NCBI GenBank assembly: GCA_964106645.2
Contig: OZ067038.1
Direction: 5' to 3' (one strand)
Length of the DNA stretch: 64,000 nt
Source of the DNA: Podarcis pityusensis
Taxonomy: Eukaryota
A program made the translations under genes and the position numbers. The notes beneath the pieces are model-generated. The model saw only the letters and a program-made list of their open reading frames with translations, made no database searches and was not told the DNA's origin. Shown here one piece after another: positions 10,201-21,870 of this stretch. How positions within the stretch are numbered: the stretch's first letter is position 1; the number at the start of each line of letters is the position of its first letter.

Positions 10201-13200
10201 GTCATTGTCCAGGAGAGGTTGTAGATCTCTGATGATGCGTTGAACTGTTTTAACTTGGGAGCTGTATGTGATGACTAGTGGAGTTCTGTTATTTTCTTTT
10301 TTGGGTCTGTCTTGCAGCAAGTTCTCTCTGGGTATCAGTCTGGCTCTGTTGATCTGTTGTCTAACTTCATCTGCTGGGTATTTTAGTTCTGAGAAGGTTT
10401 GCTGTAGATCTCTTAGGTGAGAGTCTCTGTCTGTAGAATTGGAACAGATGCGGCTGTAACGTAGTGCCTGGCTATATACAATGGACTGTTTGGTATTGTC
10501 AGAGCTGCTTCCAGATCCTAGCTCACAGAGGATCACGCTAGCCAGCGATCATTAAATAAAAGTCTTTATTGAGTTACAGTTTCCATTCTCAAGCTGCTGC
10601 GTGCAACTCTACGTCTCATGGTTAGATCGGCGAAGCTCCATCTGAGTCTCCGCCCCTTGTACACCAACTTAATATCCTAGCCTTGCTCCACCTTTTCCGC
10701 CTGACTGTTCTTCTCTGGGTCCCTCTGCCCCCCGGGGTCTCTTCCTTCCGGGATTCCTCTGACGCTGACGCTGACCCCCCTGACTCTTCTCCCTCCTTTC
10801 GGCGGGCTTTAGGACCTGGCTCCCTTTCCGGGCTGCCTACTGCGCCACCTTCCTGTGCATTTGAACTTGGCACGCGCGCCCAACCTTCCACCTTCCGTCT
10901 GACCGTTTCTTCGCTCCCCGATGGAGGTGTGGCCACTCCTGACTCGTGCCCTCCCCCCTGTTGTGAGCTGCCAGCGCTTGATCCCTGGCTCTCTGGCGGT
11001 GACGCTGGTCCTGATTTCCAACTGCTCCCCTCTGAGTCCCCTCTGGCTCTATCTTCCTGGGGTGTCCCCCTAGGCTCCCCCCTTGCCCTGGCCACTGGTG
11101 CTCCTTTCTGTGAATCTTCTGATTCACTGGAAAGACTCGGAGATCTCGGGTCGTCGTCATCACTCATCTTTTCTTCTGCCTCCTCTCCCTCGCTCTCTGT
11201 TTCCTCCCTTGCCCTTGCCTCTGCTCCTGAACCCCTGACAGGTATGTTTGGGATGGTAGCTAGAGGCATGTAGATATGTTTGTCGGTCAGTTGGTTTACG
11301 GTATAAGGTGGTGTCTATGCGTCCATCCTGTATTTTTATAGTAGTGTCCAAAAAATGTATTTCTTGCATAGATTGATTCATTGTAAGGTTGATTGTGGGG
11401 TGAAAATCATTGAATTTCTGGTGAAAGGTGTCCAGGGTCTGTTGACCATGTGTCCAGATGATAAAAATATCGTCAATGTATCGTAGGTACAAGAGAGGTT
11501 TGAGTGGGTAGGAGTTTAGGAAACGTTGTTCTAAATCTGCCATGAAGATGTTGGCATACTGTGGGGCCATGCGGGTGCCCATTGCTGTGCCGCTGATCTG
11601 AAGGAACAGGTCATCACCGAATTTGAAGTTGTTGTGGGTAAGGACAAATTGGCAGAGTTTGGTGGCAAGGTCCGCTGTGGTTTTATCTGAAATGGTGTTC
11701 CTTATAGCTTGTAAACCATCGTTGTGTGGGATGTTGGTATACAGAGATTCCACGTCCATAGTATCTAGTATAGTATTGTTGGGAAGATTATTTAAAGATT
11801 GTATTTTCCTCAGAAAATCTGTGGTGTCACGTACATAGCTGGGAGCACTGATGGCATATGGTTTCAGAACAGAGTCCATATAACCGGAGACACCCACTGT
11901 AATAGTGCCAATACCTGAAATGATGGGGCGTCCTGGATTTCCTGGTTTGTGTATTTTAGGTAGAAGATAGAAAGTTCCTGGTCGAGGTTCTGTTGGTGTG
12001 TTGGTGAGGATCTGTTCTTGGATGTGTGGGGGTAGCTCCTTAACAATCTTGTTCAGTTCTTTCTTGTATTCTTGTGTGGGGTCTGAGTCCAATTTTGTGT
12101 AAAAGGCGGTATTGGAAAGTTGTCTGCGAGCCTCCTGAATGTAGTCAGTTTTGTTCATGATGACGACAGCTCCCCCTTTGTCTGCTTCTTTAATTATAAT
12201 GTTTGGGTTGTTTCTGAGATTATCTATGGCTCTCCTTTCAGCATGGTTTAGATTTTGTTGTAAGCGATGGTGTTTTCTGGTTACATCTGTTTGAAATCCG
12301 TTCTGGTTACATCTGTTTGAAATCCGTTCCGCGAGTCTCTTTGTCTTGCGGTTTTTTATCTTGCGAAGCACGGCTATTAGTGGCTTTAAGAAAAAGGAAA
12401 CAAACTCGCAAGACGTTTCGTCTTGCGAAGCAAGCCCATAGGGAAATTCATCTTGCGGAACGACTCAAAAACGGAAAACTCTTTCATCTAGCGAGTTTTT
12501 CGTCTTGTGAGGCATTCGTCTTGCGGGGCACCACTGTATTAGTCTTTGGATAACAAATGCTCAGTATCTTGAGGATCAAAGAAAACTGATACCTGAGTTC
12601 TAAATGTCATAAGTGAAAGAAGATCCTCTCATATTCATGGAATTTAGTTCCATGTAATGTTTTCAGAAATTTTATTTATAATTTTCATTATTACCATCAT
12701 GTAATGTTTTCAGAAGTGGAGTAGCAAGCAATTATAACAACTTTGAATTTCTGTGGGTGGTACTAAAATTTTAGCCCATTATAAATAGACTGCTAATTAA
12801 GATTTCAGGTGCAGCTGATATTTTGATTGCTTTTTACCAGATATTCTTGGCTTAAGAGAGTGCTCAAACTGACAGCACTTACGGTATGCCAAAAATGATT
12901 TTGCTGTGACTGTGGCCCTTAGTTTTCTGTCTGTTGTATACTTCTGGTATCTTACAGTGAGAGTATCTTGTGTTCTAGTACAGAAAAGTGGCTTATTTGA
13001 AGCTGAGAATCTGGCCATTCAAAGATCTTGAGGAATATAGCAAATTCATGAAGGCAAGCGCATGAAGTTTTTTTTTTTTAATAGATGAGTTTAAAGAGAA
13101 CTTCTGCAATGCATTCATATGAGGGTTTTTATAGAGAGAACCAGAATGTAATAAAATGGCGAGAGGTAGAAATAGCTCTTTGAACTGCTGGTGAGAGTTA

Positions 13201-16200
13201 GCTTGCTCAGTGATAAACTGATTTGTGTCAGAATCACTATTTAAAGTGAAAGGGAAATACCTATGTTTGTGGAAGATTGAAGCAGACCTTAATGGTTTCT
13301 CAGTCATGAGCGCTGTACTCATGATTTCCACATCCTGAAAATTGGGCTGGATACTGGTTGATAATTCAGGTAATTATTGTCAATTTACTGGTGCCACGCC
13401 AGAAAAAGAAGGGTGTGGCCAAAGGCTGATGTGGAACCATTTTATTTTGATCTATAGAACATGGGTGCTAACTTTTTAAAGGTAACTTTCTTTGAATACA
13501 AAGCACACTTCTTGATGGAAAAGGGTTTGTTTTGTATTTTGCTAAAAATACCAAACCATATATCATGCAAAAAGGGGGAAAGCATAGATCTTTAAAGGGC
13601 CTGGTGATGGGCCTCTCCAAAGTGTAATGGAAATCTCCAGTAACTTTAAAGTGGAAAATGGCCATAATATGCTCCCCTGATGTGCGGTATATTAAATGCC
13701 AATCTTCTATCTCAGCAGTGTGCCATACAGTGTAATAGTTGTCCATATACAAAACTTGTTGTGTTTCTTTGAGTTGTGATTATTGAGATGTTTTGGACTA
13801 CAACTTGCATTAGCCAAATAGATGTTGTAGTCGAGAACATCTGGAGGGCAGCTGGCTGGCAAAGGCTGATGTATCAGCAGTATGAACCTGTACAACAAGC
13901 GTGAGAGATACTGGGGAACTGGGTTCGGGACTTCACATATACAGAGGCCATGTCATGCCCCAGCCCTAGAAGGCTCTTTTACCCACTACTGTACTGTTCT
14001 CTAGTGAATTAGCATGATTTGAGTGTCCTACTTCCTGGTCAACCCTGACTCTCAAAGGGTATTTCAAAGAAGAAAGGTTTCCAACCTTTCTGTTCCTCAG
14101 CATCTATTGAGAAGCTGCATTACAGAGTGGCCCCACAGTAGGTAATACTTCTTTAGAATCCGCTTTCTTTCTTCTTTTGACTCAAGTTTGCTGTCATCAT
14201 TCACAATATCAGTAAAGAAAAATCCTTTTATCTTGTTCTGTGAACCACTCAGAGACTTCTGGGTATAGGGCGGTATATAAATTCTAGTAATAGTAATAAA
14301 TTTTTTTATCTGGCTCCACTATTTTTTCCAACTGCCAGCCTGAATCTAACTGCCACTTTGTTGTGTGTGTGTTATTTGTACCCATATAATTTGTTGTGAT
14401 GAATTTCATTGATTGAACTGTGTACCTAAATTGAGGCCACTCTCTGTAATATGATTTTATATTTAAAAAATGTAATAAATAGTACTATGTTCACAGAATT
14501 TTTATTTATTTATTTATTGCAGATGAAAAAGAGAGGTTTGACCCCACTCAGTTTCAGGACTGTATTATTCAAGGTTTAAATGAAACTGGCAGTGACTTGG
14601 AAGCAGTAGCAAAATTCCTTGATGCTTCTGGAGCAAAACTTGATTATCGCCGCTATGCAGAGACACTCTTTGACATTCTGGTGGCTGGTGGAATGCTGGG
14701 TAAGTGACCTTAAGAGGGGCTTTTTGGTTTACAAGCGTGCCTGTGTATTTGCATGGCTGGATCTTAAAACTAACCAACCATTCATTGGTCATGATCTCAG
14801 TTGCTACTGATTATGCAGCCTCTGTACCCTCCAGAATATAATAGCATTAGAGCTCTTTTCTCTGTGAAGGGCTTCGCAAAACACAGAAGTGACGTAGTAT
14901 CTTACGGTAGCTGTTAACAACTGATGATCCAGTTCAGTTTAGGAAGATGAAAGCTTCTAGTCAGCCTTCAGTGTTTTCCTGAAAAACTAGCATCCTTGTA
15001 AAAAGGTGGGGCTCCTAATTCTTAGCACTGGGAAATATATTTATCTTGCTCCGTTTGCCATTGAACTTTAAGTAGTTGGTTTTCACTGTCTGTTGATTTA
15101 CTTCACATTGCATTGTATTAAACTTAAACGCTGTTCTAATTAGTGAAAGTGATCTTAGCCAATGTTAGCTTTTCTTGTAAAACTAAACACCAATTTCTCA
15201 ATAGCCCCAGGTGGTACACTGGCAGATGACATGATGCACACAGATGTCTGTGTGTTTGCAGCACAGGAAGACCTAGAAACGATGCAAGCATTTGCTCAGG
15301 TTTGTTTTGCTGGTTTTTTAAAAATGGCTTTTCTTGATTCTACCTCCCTGCAATATAAACATCCACAAAAAAGCAGATTGCATGTATAAAGAGTTCGTGA
15401 TTGAGCCCAACAGGGATTGTTGAGGGCTTAATTGCTGAGGGGTACCTGCTGGCACTGACCAGAGCCGGAGCAGTGATGGGCACAGCCAGAGACAAAAGTG
15501 TTCTGGATTATGGAGGGGCGGGATTTCCTTATCCTCAAGTCAAATAATAAGGAAAAAAGTTTTTAAAAATCAGTTGATTTTATCAGGTAAAAATACTGCT
15601 TCTTCCAGTTGTTCTGAAATTACATAGAGAGGGGGAAAGCCTGACAAAATTAGGAAATTGACAGAAAGAAAGTTACTGCTGGGATGCAAAGATTCTGGGG
15701 GATCCCCTTGCTGGGGAAGATTCTGAAGGCGCTAGGGGAACATAAAATGAAAGCAGGACTGCATATGGCCCCTAGGTATCAGGTTGCCCACCTTTTCTAT
15801 GAAAACTATAGTCTTAATTGCTAACATTTGTCTTTCAGGTCTTTAACAAGCTGATCAGGCGTTACAAATACCTGGAAAAAGGCTTTGAGGATGAAGTCAA
15901 AAAGGTATTGCAAGTTGAAACTATTTTTTGGACTATGGCCTTATAGATACTCCTGTATATTTGTGTGTTTGTTACTATTTAGCAAAACATTTAGTCTGCA
16001 TGTGCACATATTCCTTGGCTAGTCACTTAGGACCTGAAAGAAAAGAATAATTTCTGTCCCATTTATAAAAGTTCCATTTTCTGGTTACCTGGAGGATATA
16101 GTTCTCCATAGGCATCAGAGTAAGTGGCTGTGCAGAAACTCCGTGTAAGACTTTCAGTCATTATAAGAAAAACTCCGCAAAAGGGATTCCTTTTCTTGTT

Positions 16201-19200
16201 TCCAGTGATACATTCCTTTATATCTCATGGTAGCATTCATAAATGATTTCAGCACTTCGCTTGTTTCAGGGTGTTGACTGTGCCTTTTACCCTTTGCAGT
16301 TGCTGCTATTCTTGAAAGGTTTTTCAGAGTCTGAGCGGAACAAACTGGCCATGCTGACGGGTATTCTTCTGGCCAATGGGACACTTAATGCGTCAATTCT
16401 CAACAGTCTATATAATGAGAATCTAGTTAAAGAAGGTAATTGTGGTAAACTATTTTGGAAGTGTTCCCTGTATGTTTTGATATTTAGAGGTGTATTCCTG
16501 CACAGTGTGTTAGGTTTCTCTTCACCAGTAGAAGTCCTGTCCAACCCCAGTTCCTAGCATATGAGTATTTTTCTCAGAATTTTACACTACAAGACCCAGA
16601 TTTTTTTTAAGATTCACAGGTTGAAGTAGGAACTAGGTAACAGACTGTGCATTTGTTTTAGTAATAGTGAAGCAAAACCTTACCATTTAATCATCCAATG
16701 TGACCTTTGCACGTCCAGTGAGAGTGCTAGAAAACCTTTCCTCATGAAGCCAGTCAGGAGGTGATACACAAGGAACGATTTCATTATCAAAATCTGTTGA
16801 CAGTTTGAGACAACAAAGCCACCTGTGTTTTTATATGCTAACCTGTGCCCTACAGATGTAGATGGACTACAACTCCCATCATTCTTGTCCATTGGCCGTG
16901 CTCTATGGGACTTATGGGAGTTGGGAGTCCAATCACGTCTGGAGGGCCAAGGGTAAGTCACATCTGATAGTAGGACAGTATTAAGCAGGACACCTCTTCA
17001 AGAGTATTAAAAGTAACCATACAACTCCTCATGCAGGTGTTTCAGCAGCCTTTGCAGTAAAACTGTTCAAATCATGGATAAATGAAAAAGATATCAATGC
17101 AGTGGCTGCTAGTCTTCGTAAAGTCAACATGGACAACAGGCTGATGGTAAGTAAATAAGATAATCTATTTTTGCTGCTGAAAACAAAGTAATTTGAGATG
17201 GGCAACTTTTTTTAAAGTACACCGCAAATAATCAATATCAATGTTTCAGGAACTCTTTCCAGCCAACAAGCAAAGCCTTGAACACTTCACAAAATACTTC
17301 ACTGATGCAGGATTAAAGGAACTCTCTGAATACGTCCGGAACCAGCAGTGCATAGGGGCTCGTAAGGAGCTGCAGAAAGAACTTCAGGAGCAGATGTCAC
17401 GTGGGGATCCCTTTAAGGATGTAAGTACATTGGTTTCCTCTGCTCATAGCTTATGAGCCTCTTTGGTCTCTGATACTCATTTTTCGTAACTTTGGCATCT
17501 GCCGTGGCAACCAGGGAAGGTGAAAGTAGCTTGGTTTTCTAGCTGTCTCAATTGCTGTAACAATTTTTGCTGTTAAAATATTTTCTTTCCGAGTGTGTTT
17601 GGCGAATTAACTTTGCGCTAATGTCCGCACAATGTAAAATGCTGACAGCAAGGTGGGAAGTATGAAACCTTGTTTAATAATTTTTGAAATAACTGCAGAT
17701 ATTTATGAAAATAACGATAATGTTCAGGAACAGTTAAGCATGCTCACATATACATTTGTACCTGTTCAGGCTATAGCCTTTTCACCTGTGAATAATGCTA
17801 TTGTGTTTATCACATTTGCATCCTACAAGGAGTCCAGGAAAGCATGCACTGGGTTATCTTGATCTATGCAGTAAGCCCTGTGAAGAAAGCTGGTCTGCAA
17901 GATGGTGACGTTCTCCAAGGCCACCGACCAGGGAGCTCTGTGATTGAACAGGGATTTGATCCCTTTTCCTTGGCAAGGGTTTGGGACACAGCTGGCTGGT
18001 TTCACCTTGCTTCCTAAGGACTGGTTGTTGCTACAGTGCACAAACCATAGATGTTTTAGGGCTAGAGCTCCCACCATCCCCAGGCAGCATAGCCATTGAT
18101 AGCTCGTGGTAGCTGGGGATCCAAGCAATTTGGAGGGTGGAAGGCTACCATAGTTGGGCTGCCCAGTTTCTGTGCTTGGTTTCCATGGTCAATGAGAAAT
18201 GTATTAAGATTTTATATTCTAAAATGGGGGTGGGGAAGGAGAAGCAAGATGCCTGTGTCTATAGGCAGAAACTGTAGAAAAGAATGGGGAAATGGCTGTT
18301 CGCACCTTGAGCTGTGTCTTGAATTTCACATTCTGAGTCTTGACAGAAATGTCTTAAAAGGTGGTGCACAATGTACCCTCCCTGCGAGAAGTGAGGTTAC
18401 AGGGAACCAGGCAGTGGCACCCGCCCTGTGGAAGACCCTCCCATCAGATGTCAAGGAAATAAACAACTATCTGACTTTTAGAAGACATCTGAAGGGAGCC
18501 CTGTTTAGGGAGATTTTTAATGTTTGATGCTTCATTGTGCTTTTAATTCTGTTGGGAGCCGCCCAGAGTGGCTGGAGTATAAATGATTAGTAGTAGTAGT
18601 AGTAGTAGTAGCAGTAGTAGTTGTTATTACTCAAGGGCGGTGCCAAGTATTGTAGCATTTACTGCTTGGGTAGAACAAAGCTAATCTCTAGGCCCAAGGA
18701 AATCTATATCTGAAAATCTAAGCAAAGCTTGTCAATACACGTGGAAGAATGTTATGTAACACTCCCTGGAATTGCTTGTCTAGATCATCTTGTATGTCAA
18801 GGAAGAGATGAAGAAAAACAACATATCAGAACAGACTGTGATAGGCATTATCTGGTCCAGTGTAATGAGCACTGTGGAATGGAACAAAAAAGAGGAGCTA
18901 GTAGCGGAACAAGCCATCAAGCACTTGAAGGTATTTGTATGTTCATTTTTTAAAAAGTATATCATATAAGCAAACTTCTGTGGGTCTATTGCCGTGCAGG
19001 CATGGGTGCAAAAGCCACGTAATCATTCCTTCTGTATCCAGCTGAATTTTCAGGTGCTCATGCAGATGTCATGTTAGGGGTAACCCTGAGGTTTGCAGAC
19101 AAATCAAATGAAATTTTTTTTAAAAAAAAGAATGTAGCTGGGGTTGTACATAAATGTGTCTCCCACCACAACCCACCCCACCCCCCGCCAAAAAAATAGG

Positions 19201-21480
19201 AGAGAGGGAAAGCCCCAAACAGGCCAATATGGGACTGAACCTGCCCATTGGGCACAAAATGTGCACTGGAAAGTAGGATAGGGAATGAAAGCTAGTGGCT
19301 AGAACCCCGAAAAAGAAATATTCTACGCTGCATAATGTTGTACGGTCCCAGTCATAATACTGCATTGCCAATCTTGATATGCAGAAAATAGGCTGCATAA
19401 AAATGAGAACTAGATTTTTCAAATGGATTCTCTTCATTTCTCCTGATTGAATAAAAGCTTATTATCTCATTCAGTGTAAGCCCGTTGAAAGTGTACCCTG
19501 AATGCCACAATGTAGGGCTCACATTCTTCCTAAAATGTTGAGTTCCTGGATTTCGAAAAATCTTACTTTGTCTGTAAAAGAAAATGGAAATCACTAATAG
19601 CCGACTTGGCGGTGCATGGTTCTAAGACTGGGGTGGGGAACTTTGGGCCCTCCAGAAGTTGCTGGACTATAATGCCCATGAGCGCCCGCAAATGTGGCCA
19701 GGAACAATGAGAAGCTGCAGTTCAGCAACAGCCAGAGGACAAAAGGTTCATTCAATGGAAGTCTATGGGAAGTCCTCTTAGAAGTTCCCAGACAGCTGGT
19801 TTTTGCTGTCAGGATTTTTTCCCTTCATGAAAGAGGCATTTTCTGGCAGCAGGGTTTGAAAATGTACATGTCCATTTTAGGACAAATTACGTGTTGGTGA
19901 TTTCTGATAAGCCCAATTTTAAGCTGTATTCTGGTATATGCTAGTTTGTGCATAACTAGTAGGCAAAACATTATTATTTATTAAACTTGTATACCACACT
20001 TCATTTGAAGATCACATGGCGGTTCACAACATAAGAAAACAAAATGAAAGCACAAAATATGTAATACAAAAAACTCTCCAACACATTTAAAAGGCACATT
20101 TATGGAGAACTGGGAAGCTGTTGATCAGAATAAAAGCGTGTGTGGGTTTTTTCCTGTACGTAATTGTTCTTATAATCTTCACAGCAATACAGCCCTCTTC
20201 TTGCTGCCTTTACAACCCAAGGTCAGTCTGAACTGACTCTGTTGCTCAAGATTCAGGAGTACTGTTATGACAACATCCACTTCATGAAAGCCTTCCAGAA
20301 AATAGTGGTGCTCTTCTACAAAGGTAATGGTTTAACACTCAGTCATGTGCAAAAGAAGATAGAACACTCAAGAGTTTAACATTTTAACTCTCTTTAACTC
20401 ATTTTAACTACTTAAGCTATAGCTTCTGATGCTTATCAGTAAAGTCTTAATCTCAAAGAAGAAAGCTGCAGCCCATAATTCCATTATGCCAGTTGAAAAG
20501 AGTCTTAGTCTTCTGCCCACAATAGTGTTAACAGAACCCCGCCCCCCATTGTGATGTCAAGTGACTTTTTTGAGATGTAGATGAGTATCCTGTTGATGAA
20601 AATAGGGTGTCGTAATGAGGCTTCAAGGGATGCGGGTGGTGCTTTGGGTTAAACCACAGAGCCTAGGGCTTGCCGATCAGAAGCTCCCATTGTTAGGTCC
20701 CAGCTCCTGCCAACCTAGCAGTTCGAAAGCACGTCAAGGTGCAAGTAGATAAATAGGTACCGCTCCGGCGGGAAGGTAAATGGCGTTTCCGTGCACTGCT
20801 CTGGTTCACCAGAAGTGGCTTAGTCATGCTGGCCACATGACCCGGAAGCTGTACGTCGGCTCCCTCTGCCAGTAAAGCGAGATGAGCACCGCAACCTGAG
20901 TCACCCGCGACTGGACCTAATGGTCAGGGGTCCCCTTACCTTTTTAATGAGGCTTCAGTTCCAAAGATGTGATTGAGCAACATATAAAATGTATTGCTTG
21001 ATGAACTGGTCAAGTCTAGTGGAATTTACAGCCCAAACAATGCTAAGACCACAGAGCATGAGGAACGTGGCTTGGCAAACTTACTGGTGGTTTTTTTTTT
21101 TAGAGTTTGCATTTAAGCACTTCTGTGCTTTGAAAACACATGGTTTGACTTGGCATCTGTTTTCTAAACTGTGCTGCATGACGGTATAGACACTGCTTGC
21201 CCTAACCCCACTTTGTTTTCAACAGCTGAGGTTCTAAGTGAAGAACCCATCCTGAAATGGTATAAAGATGCACATGTTGCCAAAGGAAAGAGTGTCTTTC
21301 TGGAACAAATGAAAAAGTTTGTAGAATGGCTCAAGAATGCTGAGGAAGGTGAGTAAGCCTGATGCAATTCCGCTTTGCTTACTGTGCATTCATTTGAATA
21401 AGTTTACAAAGTGTTCTCATGCTGGAATACTTGTTTGTTTTCTTTCAGAATCTGAGTCTGAAACTGAAGAAGGTGACTAA
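7236..21480 (+). CDS. BZW1: eIF5-mimic protein BZW1 (5MP2), 419 aa; join 7236-7299,14523-14699,15205-15299,15839-15904,16300-16435,17037-17146,17250-17420,18784-18930,20185-20323,21226-21348,21449-21480
   Basis: Translation [32 protein letters not shown]...[17 protein letters not shown], near-identical to vertebrate BZW1; all introns GT-AG, phases consistent, total 1260 nt. Confidence 0.97.
7394..7431. repeat. Compound (GC)n(AC)n microsatellite, alternating purine-pyrimidine
   Basis: tgcgcgcgcgcgcgcgcacacacacacacacacacaca seen directly. Confidence 0.9.
7880..8430 (-). mobile_element. Degenerate L2/CR1-clade LINE fragment (RT region and tail)
   Basis: Frameshifted peptides [26 protein letters not shown] and [14 protein letters not shown] typical of L2 RT; boundaries approximate. 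Confidence 0.75.
9431..9468 (-). ncRNA. Minimal type I hammerhead ribozyme motif of the Penelope-like element
   Basis: Minus strand GUAU-CUGAAGA-A-GUGUGC-AU-GCACAC-GAAA-GC-UU-AUAC: core boxes CUGANGA and GAAA, stem I GUAU/AUAC, stem II GUGUGC/GCACAC, palindromic AGCU stem III. Confidence 0.85.
10497..11240 (-). mobile_element. Solo LTR (744 bp) of an LTR retrotransposon or ERV
   Basis: Termini TGTCAG...CTGACA (inverted); perfect 5-bp TSD ggtat at 10492-10496 and 11241-11245; minus-strand AATAAA at 10565-10570. Confidence 0.9.
10622..11167 (-). CDS. Putative LTR-encoded ORF, 181 aa from internal AUG (frame open from the LTR 5' end); acidic/Ser/Gly/Arg-rich disordered protein
   Basis: Uninterrupted frame 11239-10622; AUG with A at -3; stop about 50 nt before the poly(A) signal; no family recognised. 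Confidence 0.35.
   Translation of the reverse strand: MSDDDDPRSPSLSSESEDSQKGAPVARARGEPRGTPQEDRARGDSEGSSWKSGPASPPESQGSSAGSSQQGGGHESGVATPPSGSEETVRRKVEGWARVPSSNAQEGGAVGSPEREPGPKARRKEGEESGGSASASEESRKEETPGGRGTQRRTVRRKRWSKARILSWCTRGGDSDGASPI
18378..18625 (+). mobile_element. L2-type LINE 3' end with (tag)n tail
   Basis: Same 3' sequence as the L2 at 47761-48361 (gtggcacccgccctgtggaa..tcagatgtcaaggaaata..gcccagagtggctgg); boundaries approximate. Confidence 0.7.
20626..20944 (+). mobile_element. Sauria SINE
   Basis: tRNA-like head, Sauria body, accttt tail; 13-bp TSD taatgaggcttca. Confidence 0.9.
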
Positions 21481-21870
21481 GTTGTCAAAAACAGTAAAGC
21501 AAACAGGAGCAGTAGATAAAACTTCATGTCTTTGTGTCCTGATTCTTACATCCTACCTCCCTGTATCAAGCATGATATAAGGGCTCTCATGGCAAATTTA
21601 TGTTTGTGTTTTCTATGGTCATTAGAGAACACCAGATTTAGGTTTTAAAACCATGTGTTAGTAGCTTACAGGAGCTATAGATTTGATTCTAACATTGCAT
21701 TAGTTTTTTGAGTTACCTTCTACCTCCTGTATTTTCTACTGTAACATAATTTAAGGCCTTCCACAACTTAAATTCATTTTATCCCTGGGTTTTCTATAAA
21801 AAAAAAGTTTACAAGTAGACATGATTTGGAAAAATGAAATTTGTTATAAAAATTCTGTTTGCAAATTAAA
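21481..21870 (+). promoter_or_regulatory. BZW1: BZW1 proximal 3'UTR with two let-7 seed matches and a candidate ATTAAA poly(A) signal (21865-21870)
   Basis: CTACCTC at 21553-21559 and 21720-21726. Confidence 0.6.

Larger units (their letters stand above)
9338..12320 (-). mobile_element. Penelope-like element (probably Neptune clade), 5'-truncated, RT plus GIY-YIG endonuclease, interrupted by a solo LTR
   Basis: RT motifs [40 protein letters not shown] (11241 to about 12274); Cys linker [11 protein letters not shown] and GIY-YIG VYAIKC..LYIGQT..RINGH (9649-10491); removing the LTR and one TSD restores [13 protein letters not shown] in frame. Confidence 0.93.
9314..12536. mobile_element. Tc1/mariner-type MITE (family A), split by the Penelope insertion: left arm 9314-9337, right part about 12321-12536
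   Basis: TIR cagtggtgcc(t/c)cgcaagacgaa with TA flanks; the halves reconstitute the intact copy at 42306-42575. Confidence 0.88.

Noticed and set aside
10683-11273. 196-aa plus-strand ORF inside the solo LTR
   Set aside because: Antisense shadow of the purine-rich strand; starts at TTG and opposes the poly(A) signal orientation.
12275-12371. N-terminus [11 protein letters not shown].. of the 403-aa RT ORF as a true start
   Set aside because: It derives from flanking MITE sequence and the junction duplication; the Penelope element is 5'-truncated.
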